From positions 9,840 through 73,839 of the forward strand of contig DATDWP010000028.1 in NCBI GenBank assembly GCA_035289625.1: a stretch of DNA of 64,000 bases, given 5' to 3'. Both the position numbers and the translations under genes were made by a program. The DNA is from an archaeon. GTDB lineage: Archaea > Iainarchaeota > Iainarchaeia > Iainarchaeales > Iainarchaeaceae. The notes under the pieces were generated by a model, which saw only the letters and a program-made list of their open reading frames with translations, had not been told where the DNA came from and searched no databases. This document shows, piece by piece, positions 37,922 to 47,090 of the stretch (its first letter is position 1; every line of letters begins with the position of its first letter).

Positions 37922-38629
37922 ATGACACAAAAGCTCTACTTGCAAGACGCATACCTAAAAGAGTGCGAAGCCATCGTTACAAAAGCTGACGGAAAATTTG
38001 TAGTACTTGATAGGACTATTTTTTATGCCCAAAGCGGCGGGCAGCCAACCGATACTGGCAAGATCACTTCCCAAAACGGCAAAGAGTACAAGGTAGTATT
38101 TGCAAAAAATATTGGAGAAGATGTTTCACACGAAGTTGATTCTGAAGGCTTAAAGGCAGGGGAGAGTGTGAAGTGCTCTCTTGACTGGCAGAGAAGATAC
38201 ACACACATGAAAATGCACACTTCAGCTCATCTCTTAGCAGCATGCATTATGAAAGAAACAGGAGCATTAATTACCGGAAACCAGCTTGATGAAAAACAAT
38301 CACGAATGGATTTTGATGTAGCTGATTTTGACAAGGAACTTTTGAAGAGCTTTGAACAAAAAGTAAACGAGGCAGTAGAACAAAATATGAAAATCGGCAT
38401 CTCTTTTATGAAAAGGGAAGATGCACTAGCAAACCCAACCCTATTTCGCCTCAAAAGCGTTCTGCCAAAAGACATTCCCATCTTGCGAATTGTTGCAATA
38501 GGCGAATTTGATATCCAAGCAGATGGAGGCACACATGTCGCTAGCACAAAAGAAATCGGAAAATTCAAAATAGTGGACTTCAAAAACAAGGGAGCGCAAA
38601 ACCGCAGGGTTTACTGGGAGCTGGAATAG
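37922..38629 (+). CDS. alaX: Alanyl-tRNA editing protein AlaX
   Basis: TIFYAQSGGQPTDTG, MHTSAHLL, ADGGTHV. Confidence 0.93.
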   Translation: MTQKLYLQDAYLKECEAIVTKADGKFVVLDRTIFYAQSGGQPTDTGKITSQNGKEYKVVFAKNIGEDVSHEVDSEGLKAGESVKCSLDWQRRYTHMKMHTSAHLLAACIMKETGALITGNQLDEKQSRMDFDVADFDKELLKSFEQKVNEAVEQNMKIGISFMKREDALANPTLFRLKSVLPKDIPILRIVAIGEFDIQADGGTHVASTKEIGKFKIVDFKNKGAQNRRVYWELE

Positions 38630-39247
38630 GTGAAAATAATCGACCTCACAATGCCGCTTGATAATGCAACCCCCGTATATCCGGGCGACCCGCTGCCTCA
38701 AATAAATCAAATAGCAACCATCGAAGAACAAGGATGGAATGAATTGAGCCTCAAATTTAATTCACACTGCGGAACCCATATTGATGCCCCATATCACATG
38801 CTAGCGGATGGGAAAAAACTTGACGAATTTCCGATTGATAGTTTTATTGGCAGCGCAATTGTAGTTGATGGACGCAAAAGAAATGAGAAGAATGAAATAG
38901 TTGCTGGCCTAAAACAAATTAAAGCGATAGATTTTGTATTCTTCTGCACAGGGCATGTAAAAAACCGCTACTCACAAAAATATTTTGAAAATAACCCGGT
39001 GATTTCAACAAAAACCGCCCAAGAACTAATTGAGAAAAAAATCAAAATAGCGGGAATTGATTCCTACACGCCCGATAATGAACCTTTTGAAACGCACAAA
39101 TTACTCTTTAAACACCAAATAAGGATTGTTGAAAACCTGGTTAATTTAGAGCAACTAATTGGCAAAAAATTTGAATGCACAATCCTTCCCCTAAATATCA
39201 AAAATGCCGACGGAGCCCCTTGCAGGGTAATTGCAATCCTCAAGTAA
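38630..39247 (+). CDS. Cyclase family metal hydrolase (kynurenine formamidase-like)
   Basis: HCGTHIDAPYH, GID, VENL, DGAPCRVIA. Confidence 0.92.
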   Translation: MKIIDLTMPLDNATPVYPGDPLPQINQIATIEEQGWNELSLKFNSHCGTHIDAPYHMLADGKKLDEFPIDSFIGSAIVVDGRKRNEKNEIVAGLKQIKAIDFVFFCTGHVKNRYSQKYFENNPVISTKTAQELIEKKIKIAGIDSYTPDNEPFETHKLLFKHQIRIVENLVNLEQLIGKKFECTILPLNIKNADGAPCRVIAILK

Positions 39248-39282
39248 TCAGATTTAAATTCCACCGCAGCCTAATTGTTTGC

Positions 39283-39633
39283 ATGCAATTAAAGCAAGCA
39301 CTTGTGATAAGAACTGACCTTGAGATGGGAAAGGGCAAAATCGCAGCCCAATGCGCGCATGCCGCAATTGAAGCTTATGAAAAAACCCTCACGCAAAATA
39401 GGACGTGGGCAGAAAAGTGGAGAGAAGAAGGAATGGCAAAAATAGTGCTAAAAGTGAATTCAAAAAAAGAGCTACTAGAATTATTTGAAAGGGCAAAAAG
39501 GCAAATCCCAACAGCCCTAATAAAAGATGCAGGAAAAACACAAATAGAAGCAGGGGAGCCAACATGTGTAGGGATTGGGCCGGCAGCTGAAAATGAAATT
39601 GACAAATTTACAAAAGACCTAAAACTTTTATAA
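39283..39633 (+). CDS. pth2: Peptidyl-tRNA hydrolase Pth2
   Basis: RTDLEMGKGKIAAQCAHAA, DAGKTQI, IGP. Confidence 0.96.
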   Translation: MQLKQALVIRTDLEMGKGKIAAQCAHAAIEAYEKTLTQNRTWAEKWREEGMAKIVLKVNSKKELLELFERAKRQIPTALIKDAGKTQIEAGEPTCVGIGPAAENEIDKFTKDLKLL

Positions 39634-39637
39634 AATT

Positions 39638-39874
39638 TTGATTATGAAAATTTCCCCAAAGCACGCAATAGGCATTTGCACAGCGCTGCTTGCAATATTT
39701 ACAAGCATCACACTGCTCTCATACCTCAATAATTTCCACGGGTTTTTCCTAAAAGAAGACCTTCTGAACTCGGCCAGCCCAGCCGGGATTTTTGTAGTGT
39801 TTGGGCTTTTATTATTTGCCGGCGTGTACTTTTTCAACGCAGCCGGAAAAATAATTAAAGAAACAATAAAATGA
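39638..39874 (+). CDS. Small membrane protein
   Basis: Two hydrophobic helices; operonic spacing. Confidence 0.55.
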   Translation: MIMKISPKHAIGICTALLAIFTSITLLSYLNNFHGFFLKEDLLNSASPAGIFVVFGLLLFAGVYFFNAAGKIIKETIK

Positions 39875-39875
39875 A

Positions 39876-40697
39876 GTGGTAAAAATGGGATATTGGGACC
39901 TTGTAAAAAAAATAATAAGCGAAGCTGATATTGTTGCAGAAATAATTGATGCACGCTTTGCAGCACAGAGCAGAAACATTGACATGGAACAAATGGTAGA
40001 ACGAGCGGGTAAAAAACTTTTAATAGTAATAAACAAATCAGACATGATCTCAAAGCGAGAAGCGCAGCGGCAAAAAGAGCAGATCCCAAAAAGTTGCGTA
40101 TTTGTGTCCGCAAAATATAGGAAAGGAGTTGCAAGACTACGCGTTGAACTAGCAAAACTCTCGGCTGGAAATCAAGTTAAAATTGCAATCGTTGGATACC
40201 CAAACACCGGCAAGAGCAGCGTAATAAACATGCTAAAGGGACGAAAAGCAGCGCGCACCTCAAGCATTGCCGGCTTTACAAGAGGAAAACAATTTGTAAA
40301 AATTGCCTCTAACATGATGCTAATTGATTCTCCCGGAATAATACCTGTTGATGAAAAAGATGAAACACTAATGGTTCTACTTAGCGCAAAAAATGTTCAC
40401 CACTTAAAAGATTTGGAAGGAGCAGGAATTGATGTTGCGCAGTTTTTGATTAAAAATAGCCCCGATAAACTTAGAGCAACATACCAAATAGAAGCTAGGG
40501 ACGGGGAAGAGTTTTTAGAAAAACTTGCACTTAAAAGAAATAAGCTACTTAGCGGGGCGCGTGCTGATCTAAACGCTGCTGCGCGCATCCTAATAGATGA
40601 TTTTCAGCAGGGAAAAATAACCCTAAAAAAGCCCCAAAAGCAAAAAATAGAACAAAAAATGCAAAAAGAGCATAAAAAAGAAAATATTAGCCACTAA
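39876..40697 (+). CDS. Circularly permuted GTPase (RbgA/YlqF family)
   Basis: DAR, NKSD preceding GYPNTGKSS, DSPG. Confidence 0.92.
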   Translation: MVKMGYWDLVKKIISEADIVAEIIDARFAAQSRNIDMEQMVERAGKKLLIVINKSDMISKREAQRQKEQIPKSCVFVSAKYRKGVARLRVELAKLSAGNQVKIAIVGYPNTGKSSVINMLKGRKAARTSSIAGFTRGKQFVKIASNMMLIDSPGIIPVDEKDETLMVLLSAKNVHHLKDLEGAGIDVAQFLIKNSPDKLRATYQIEARDGEEFLEKLALKRNKLLSGARADLNAAARILIDDFQQGKITLKKPQKQKIEQKMQKEHKKENISH

Positions 40698-40820
40698 GGC
40701 ATAAAAAGCGCTAAAATAAGCTCCTAAAGGCCCCTAGAAGCAGAAAACTAAAAACATAATCTATTTTAATCCAAACAACTAAATTATAACGAGCTATAAA
40801 TAGCCAAAAAGCTGGTCTTA

Positions 40821-41549
40821 ATGCCAATAACCAAGAACCAAAGCAATCCGAGTATTATCGAAACCATCGATAAAATGGTAAAGGACGGGGAGAGCGAAGA
40901 AAAAATATTAAATACCCTAAAAGATATTGGCATTAGCCCAGATAATGCGCGAAGACTTCTAATTTTAGGCCAAGCTGATGTGTTCTCACTAATAAAGGGG
41001 GAAATCCGCAAAAACATACACCAAGAACTAGAAAAAGAGGAAACCGAACTTCGAAAAGTCACCCACGATGAAGCGCTTTCTGCAATGGAAGAAGTAAAAC
41101 AACAAATGTCGCGCAACGTACTAAACGAAATAAAAGAATATGAAAAAACACTTGCAACCCAAAACAAATCATTCCAAGACCAACTTGCACAAAAAATGCA
41201 AAAAATAGGCGACTCCCCAGGCGGGAGCATTAAAGGTTCAGACCAACTAAGCGCTCGCATACAGAGCATGAGCGAAACTGAAGAAAAATTACAACAGCGC
41301 CTCAACCAAATGGGGGACTCCGTAAAAAGAATGCAAAGTGACATGGGCGATATTGGAGTAAAGGGCGGCGGCGGAAGAAACCGCATGATAGGGTATGCCG
41401 TGATTTTACTCGGACTGATTTTTGGCGCGGGAACTTTGTACATATTCTACACAGGGTTAGGGCAACCATTCACCACCTACTCACTTGTTGTGATGGTAGT
41501 GATGGCAATAATTACAGTAACACTACTTGTTGTTGGAACTCTAATCTAG
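40821..41549 (+). CDS. Coiled-coil protein with two C-terminal TM helices
   Basis: Heptad-rich body; hydrophobic C-terminus. Confidence 0.7.
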   Translation: MPITKNQSNPSIIETIDKMVKDGESEEKILNTLKDIGISPDNARRLLILGQADVFSLIKGEIRKNIHQELEKEETELRKVTHDEALSAMEEVKQQMSRNVLNEIKEYEKTLATQNKSFQDQLAQKMQKIGDSPGGSIKGSDQLSARIQSMSETEEKLQQRLNQMGDSVKRMQSDMGDIGVKGGGGRNRMIGYAVILLGLIFGAGTLYIFYTGLGQPFTTYSLVVMVVMAIITVTLLVVGTLI

Positions 41550-41558
41550 AGGGACAAA

Positions 41559-41894
41559 ATGCCGCCAAATAAACTCTACCATGTAAATAAAGTTCTTGGG
41601 GAACAAAGAGAATTTGAAAACCGCAATTCTTCAGGCAGGTTTCTTGGAATTGACGATACAATGACAAAATATAGATATACCGGTCGACAACGAAGAGCCA
41701 GGATACCATTTCGCTCGCCTATATTTGACTTCCTTCATCATCGACTTAGTAAAGCAAAAATTGGCACACAAGCAATTTATACGAGGAGGCGACCAAAAGG
41801 TATCGAAGAATTTACATACGAAAAAATGGAACTAAGAAATGGATCTGTTATTTACAAACAAATTAGCAGGGTAATGAAACCCGAAACAAAATAA
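41559..41894 (+). CDS. Basic hypothetical protein
   Basis: GAGGG RBS-like sequence; Arg/Lys-rich. Confidence 0.5.
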   Translation: MPPNKLYHVNKVLGEQREFENRNSSGRFLGIDDTMTKYRYTGRQRRARIPFRSPIFDFLHHRLSKAKIGTQAIYTRRRPKGIEEFTYEKMELRNGSVIYKQISRVMKPETK

Positions 41895-42038
41895 TTACCT
41901 ATTCTCAATCGACCCATCTATCTTTGAATATTCACGCAAAGATTTGAGAGCGGTTTCAAGATAGATTTTGCGCCTAATGCTCTTTTCCTTATCATAGAGC
42001 TTTTCAACTTCCTTTACAACAAGCTCAAATTCAATCAT
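41895..42038 (-). CDS. Small helical hypothetical protein (47 aa)
   Basis: MIEFELVVKEVEKLYDKEKSIRRKIYLETALKSLREYSKIDGSIENR; TTTAAAAA upstream. Confidence 0.5.
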   Translation of the reverse strand: MIEFELVVKEVEKLYDKEKSIRRKIYLETALKSLREYSKIDGSIENR

Positions 42039-42073
42039 CAAATAATTAAGCAATGGACGCTTTTTAAACCAAA

Positions 42074-42517
42074 TTACTCAAGCCCAAATCCGCTTTTTGC
42101 AACCTGCTCGCCCTGCACCGGCAAGGTACTTTGGCTGCCAACAAGAACATCAAGAACAACACCGCAGCGCTTTGCATCTTCAAAAGAAATAGAGTAGTGC
42201 TTTGCCTTTCTAAAATCCTGTGGCTTTAAAAAAAACCAACCCTTATTTGGGTACTTCCAGGCAACAAAAACCTCAGCGCCTGCAATTTCATTCCACTTCA
42301 AAAGTTCGTGCATCTGATCCTGCGCAATTGTTAGGTAATTACTTCTCCAAGCCTTTGCCTCAATTACCATAGACCTACCCTTGCCCATTGCAATAAGATC
42401 CGGCATTGGAAGGGAATTTTTCCCAGAACCAGCTGTTCTTGCAACCGCAAACCCTCGCTCCCAAAAAAGCTTGATCAATTCCCTCTCAGCATTCGCCCCT
42501 TTGTTATACCTAGTCAT
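42074..42517 (-). CDS. hjc: Holliday junction resolvase Hjc
   Basis: KGANAEREL, GFAVARTAGSG, PDLIA, IEAK. Confidence 0.93.
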   Translation of the reverse strand: MTRYNKGANAERELIKLFWERGFAVARTAGSGKNSLPMPDLIAMGKGRSMVIEAKAWRSNYLTIAQDQMHELLKWNEIAGAEVFVAWKYPNKGWFFLKPQDFRKAKHYSISFEDAKRCGVVLDVLVGSQSTLPVQGEQVAKSGFGLE

Positions 42518-42793
42518 GCACTAATAATGCTGCTGCACTTTAAATAACACGCCATGTAAAATTTCAAAACCCAAGCACTTGACTCAAAAGAGCAAAATCA
42601 AAAAAGTCCATTTTAGGCCCATTTAAGGGGTTTTAGGACAACTTGAGGCCTGCAGGGACGTTAAATGTCGATTTGGGGACCCATACTCACCCCTTAATAA
42701 TCATTTCCAGCAGCAAATATACTAATGCTCAATTGATGAGCAAAATTGGCATTTAACAAGAATTTAGGTTAATGCATTGAGAATTAGTGATTT

Positions 42794-43081
42794 ATGGTTA
42801 AAAACACGAGCGACGCAATGCTTGATTTGGAAGTGATTCCAAATTCTACGCAGTTTTGCATCCTTGGATACAATCCATGGACATGCGCGCTAAGAGTTAG
42901 AGTGAATGCAAGCCCCAAAAAAGGGCTTGCGAACACAGAACTTGCAAAAGAACTTGAAAAGTTTTTTGGCAGAAGTGTAAAAATAATTCACGGGATAAAA
43001 TCCCGAAAAAAGAAAATCCTAATAGAAGGAATTTCAAAACCACAAATCAACCAAATTCTCATCAGGCATCTCAAAACCTAA
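42794..43081 (+). CDS. DUF167/YggU family protein
   Basis: V.PNS, LRVRVNASPKKGLAN.EL, G.KSRKK. Confidence 0.85.
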   Translation: MVKNTSDAMLDLEVIPNSTQFCILGYNPWTCALRVRVNASPKKGLANTELAKELEKFFGRSVKIIHGIKSRKKKILIEGISKPQINQILIRHLKT

Positions 43082-43097
43082 TTCTGTAAAAAAGGAG

Positions 43098-44459
43098 ATG
43101 GTAAAAGTGGCAAAGACATACATGAACACAGTAAAATATGTCGTGAAAATTAGATTTGAAATAGACGGGATTGTTGATAAGCCTGACATTGTGGGCGCAA
43201 TATTTGGCCAGAGCGAAGGACTTTTAGGGGATGAAATGGACCTAAAAGAACTCCAAAAAAACGGAAAGCTCGGAAGAATAGAAATCACCCACGCAACATC
43301 AATGGGAAGAACAAAAGGAGACATACTAGTCCCATCCTCAATGGATATGGCAGAAACAAGCCTACTTGCAGCAGGAATTGAGAGTGTTGATAAAGTCGGC
43401 CCGTGCGCTGCAAAACTTGAAATTTTAGATATTGAAGACACGCGCACAGATAAGAGAAAGGAAATAAAAGACAGGGCAAAAGACCTACTAAAAAAACTCA
43501 TGGAAAAAAGTTCGCCCGAAACGCAAACACTTAGCGAAGAAATCCGCGAGAACGCGCGCGCAGCAGATATTGAAGAATACGGGCCAGACAAACTGCCGGC
43601 AGGCCCTGACATTGAAATTAGCAATGAAATAATAGTTGTGGAAGGAAGAGCGGATGTACTCAATCTTTTGCGCAACCAAATAAAAAACGTAATCGGAATG
43701 AACGGCTCAAACATTTCCTCAACAATAATTGAACTTAGCAAAAGAAAAGAAATCACTGCTTTTGTTGATGGAGATAGGGGCGGAGAATTAAACGCGCGAA
43801 AACTCTCACAACTAGCACGCGTCCAATACATCGCAAAAGCGCCTGACGGAAAAGAAGTTGAAGAACTCACACGAAAAGAAATTATACAATCCCTCAAAAA
43901 AAGAGCGAAGGCAACTGAAGAAATCCCAATTCCCCCACGAAGGGAATTTAGCCCACAGCCACGCTTTGAAGGCGGCGGATTTAGGCCACGAGAAGATGGC
44001 CCTAGAAACAGATTCCACGATAGACCGCAAAGGGGCCCACCAAGAAGATTTGATGAACGAAGGCCAATGCAGCCCCGAAGGCCTTGGAGAGATGAATCAA
44101 ACCCAATGTTTGAAAGAACCGCATTCTCAGCGCAAGGGGAAGCAAGCGCCCCAGTAGCGCAAAAGGGCGCAATGCTAAGCGCAGAAGAGCAGGCAATCTA
44201 CAAACCAATACTCGAGCAATTAAAAGGCTCAATGAAAGCAAAAATTCTTGATGAAAATAACCAGCAGGTAAAAGAAGTCAAGGTAAAAGACATCGTGCTC
44301 GAAATAGCAAAAGCAAAAAAAGCACACGCAATTGTCTTTGACGGAGTAATAACAAAAAGGCTCCTCGAAGCTGCTGAAAAAGCGGGCGCAAAATACGTAA
44401 TAGGCGCGCGCAAAGGAAAAATAGAAGGAAAGGAAAATATCAAAGCAGCAGCGCTCTAA
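43098..44459 (+). CDS. dnaG: Archaeal DnaG-like primase (exosome-associated)
   Basis: KPDIVGAIFGQSEGLLG, VVEGRADVLNL, DGDRGG TOPRIM motifs. Confidence 0.96.
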   Translation: MVKVAKTYMNTVKYVVKIRFEIDGIVDKPDIVGAIFGQSEGLLGDEMDLKELQKNGKLGRIEITHATSMGRTKGDILVPSSMDMAETSLLAAGIESVDKVGPCAAKLEILDIEDTRTDKRKEIKDRAKDLLKKLMEKSSPETQTLSEEIRENARAADIEEYGPDKLPAGPDIEISNEIIVVEGRADVLNLLRNQIKNVIGMNGSNISSTIIELSKRKEITAFVDGDRGGELNARKLSQLARVQYIAKAPDGKEVEELTRKEIIQSLKKRAKATEEIPIPPRREFSPQPRFEGGGFRPREDGPRNRFHDRPQRGPPRRFDERRPMQPRRPWRDESNPMFERTAFSAQGEASAPVAQKGAMLSAEEQAIYKPILEQLKGSMKAKILDENNQQVKEVKVKDIVLEIAKAKKAHAIVFDGVITKRLLEAAEKAGAKYVIGARKGKIEGKENIKAAAL

Positions 44460-44550
44460 AAAAGCGTGCTGCTAAATTACTTTTTTTAAAATAATTCAAA
44501 AACTAAGTTCAAAAAATTGGATTTAATTATTTTTAAATTAGAATTAAAAT

Positions 44551-45009
44551 TTACTTCTTTCTCTTGTAAGAAAACTTTCTCTCAGAAGATGGTGGCATTT
44601 CCCTTACAATGCTTCTCTCAAATGGAATTGCAAAATAACCTGTCCTATAGAGGAAATACCCAATGAATAGAACTGCTAGCCAGAGCAATATACTTGCAAT
44701 CGGCGTTAGAAGACCGCTCCAGAATTGGCGCGCGGTTAATTTTGGCGTTTCCGGTCGCACTACAATTCCTGTTGCCTTGTAGAGCGTATCTGCACAATCA
44801 TTAAAACTTGCCTTCTGATCGGCAATTGCTTGATCGGCATCAATCCCCTGGATGCAGGTACCGTAATATTTCATATTGTCCCAAGAATCAAACATCTTAG
44901 CCGACCCTTGCACAAACATCAAAAATGCTGCAAAAAGAATAAATGAACCAATAAGGCGAGGCAGGTGAACTTCCCTTCCAGCAACCCTAAAATATAGAAC
45001 CTTTTTCAT
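44551..45009 (-). CDS. Hypothetical membrane protein
   Basis: Two TM helices flanking a Cys-containing loop. Confidence 0.65.
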   Translation of the reverse strand: MKKVLYFRVAGREVHLPRLIGSFILFAAFLMFVQGSAKMFDSWDNMKYYGTCIQGIDADQAIADQKASFNDCADTLYKATGIVVRPETPKLTARQFWSGLLTPIASILLWLAVLFIGYFLYRTGYFAIPFERSIVREMPPSSERKFSYKRKK

Positions 45010-45260
45010 AAAAATGCCTTGCAACTAATATATTCATTTAGTATATAAATATTGCGCGGGCAAAAACGGCATTTCCAGAGGCATTGCGGGCAATTAGGGG
45101 CGTTATTAGCCACATTTTTAACCTTATACAAAGCTAAATTTTAACAAAACGTTATTTTTCTTTTTCGCCAACGTTTTTCTTTTTCTTTAGAAAAAGAAAA
45201 CCTTGCAAACCTAGGGTTTGCGAGGCATCGCAAAACCCAGAAGGGTTTTGCAATGAGATT

Positions 45261-45333
45261 GGGCCGGTGGTCTAGCGGTTATGACGCATCGTTTACATCG
45301 ATGAAGTCGCAGGTTCGATTCCTGCCCGGCCCA
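45261..45333 (+). tRNA. tRNA-Val(TAC)
   Basis: GGGCCGG...CATCG-TT-TAC-AT-CGATG...GGTTCGATTCC...CCGGCCCA. Confidence 0.96.
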
Positions 45334-45468
45334 TTTTCATTATAGATTGAAAATATATCCACTAAATACTTGATGCACAGCCAACCTAACCAAAGCTAAT
45401 ATATTAAAAGCAAATTCTATTGGAAGTTAAGTATATACGCAGCAAAGTTGCTGCAGGAGAGGTTTGGA

Positions 45469-46020
45469 ATGGCAATTGAACTAATTATAGGCGCAGTTGT
45501 AGTAATCGGTGGGCTGTGGTTTTTACTCTCATACAACGGATTTGTGCAGCTAAAAAATAGAATTGATAATGCGTGGTCACAAATTGATGTGCAACTCAAA
45601 AGAAGATTTGACCTTGTCCCAAACCTAATTGAAACAGTAAAAGGTTATGCAAAGCACGAAAAAGAAACCCTCAAAATGGTTACCGAAGCAAGATCTGCCA
45701 TAACAAAAGCGGGGAACCTAAAACAAAAAGCGGATGCCGAAAACATGCTAACCGGCGCTCTAAAGAGCCTCTTTGCAGTCTCTGAGAGTTATCCGACATT
45801 AATGGCAAACCAGAACTTTCTAATGCTCCAAGAAGAGCTTGCAGGGATCGAATCAAAAATAGCATTCGCAAGGCAATTTTACAACGACAGTGTACTCACA
45901 TACAACACAAAAACCGAGAGCTTCCCTGACAGTGCCGTTGCTGGAATTTTCAACTTCAAAAAACGCGAATATTTTGAAATAGAAGAAGGCGCAAGAGAAC
46001 CTGTAAAAGTGCAGTTCTAA
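45469..46020 (+). CDS. lemA: LemA family protein
   Basis: NAWSQIDVQLKRRFDLVPNL, YPTL.AN.NF, ARQFYND. Confidence 0.96.
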   Translation: MAIELIIGAVVVIGGLWFLLSYNGFVQLKNRIDNAWSQIDVQLKRRFDLVPNLIETVKGYAKHEKETLKMVTEARSAITKAGNLKQKADAENMLTGALKSLFAVSESYPTLMANQNFLMLQEELAGIESKIAFARQFYNDSVLTYNTKTESFPDSAVAGIFNFKKREYFEIEEGAREPVKVQF

Positions 46021-46046
46021 ATTCCCTACACTGAGGCGGTTTTGGA

Positions 46047-46925
46047 ATGTATGAACAGATAGAGCAAAACAACAGAAACACTATCTTTCTCTTTGCCGCC
46101 TTTTCACTTTTAATAATCTCGCTCTCCTGGGTTTTGGGAGAGTACATATTCGGAATAGGTTCAGCCGGGCTTGTAATCGGCGCAATATTTCTTATAGTAT
46201 ACTCTCTAATTAATTATTTTTTTGCAGACAAAATCGTTCTTGCCGTTAGCGGGGCGCGCGAAGTAAAAAAAGAAGAATACCCATACCTATTCAATATAAT
46301 CGAAGGCCTCTCGATTGCAGCTGGAATTCCAAAACCGCGCGCATATGTAATTGATGATACTGCCCTTAATGCATTTGCAACAGGAAGAGACCCGCAACAT
46401 GCAATGATTGTTGTCACAACTGGAATGCTGCAAAAATTAAATAGGCAAGAACTAGAAGGAGTAATTGCACATGAAATGTCTCACATACAAAATTATGATA
46501 TCCGCGTGATGACAATTACTACTGTATTTGTAGGCCTTAGCGTTCTACTTAGCGATCTTATTTTGCGCAGCGTTCTTTGGGGGAATAACAGAAGAGATGA
46601 CAAAGCCGGCCTTATACTAATTGTAATAGGGCTCGCACTAGCTATCCTCACGCCAATAATTGCAACAGTAATAAAACTTGCAATCTCGCGCCAACGCGAA
46701 TACCTAGCAGATGCTTCAAGCGCTCTTCTTACAAGAAACCCGGATGGGCTTGCAAGCGCACTTGAAAAAATCTCAGGCGATAGAGAAATACTTGAAGCCG
46801 CAAACAAGGCAACAGCACACCTCTATATTGATAACCCACTAAAAAACCGCAAAGAATTTTTTGATTCACTCTTTTCAACTCACCCGCCAATACAAGATAG
46901 GATTGCAAGGCTTCGCAAAATGTGA
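46047..46925 (+). CDS. htpX: Zn metalloprotease HtpX (M48)
   Basis: NAFATGR, AHEMSH, SRQREYLAD, STHPP. Confidence 0.96.
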   Translation: MYEQIEQNNRNTIFLFAAFSLLIISLSWVLGEYIFGIGSAGLVIGAIFLIVYSLINYFFADKIVLAVSGAREVKKEEYPYLFNIIEGLSIAAGIPKPRAYVIDDTALNAFATGRDPQHAMIVVTTGMLQKLNRQELEGVIAHEMSHIQNYDIRVMTITTVFVGLSVLLSDLILRSVLWGNNRRDDKAGLILIVIGLALAILTPIIATVIKLAISRQREYLADASSALLTRNPDGLASALEKISGDREILEAANKATAHLYIDNPLKNRKEFFDSLFSTHPPIQDRIARLRKM

Positions 46926-47090
46926 AAGTTTACAAATTGAGCCATTTGCCCAAAAAACCCCAAAACAATGCCCTGCCCTGTGACGACTCATCTCAAAAGG
47001 GCCCCAGGCCATTTGGTTTATTGGAAAATACTTTTTAAATAGGCCTGCAAATTGCAAATAAATAATAACCCAGTAAACAATTAATTGCTC

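Noticed and set aside
42700..42790. Replication origin (ORB-like TTCCAG..AAAT)
   Set aside because: Single weak match, no G-string repeats and no adjacent cdc6/orc1.
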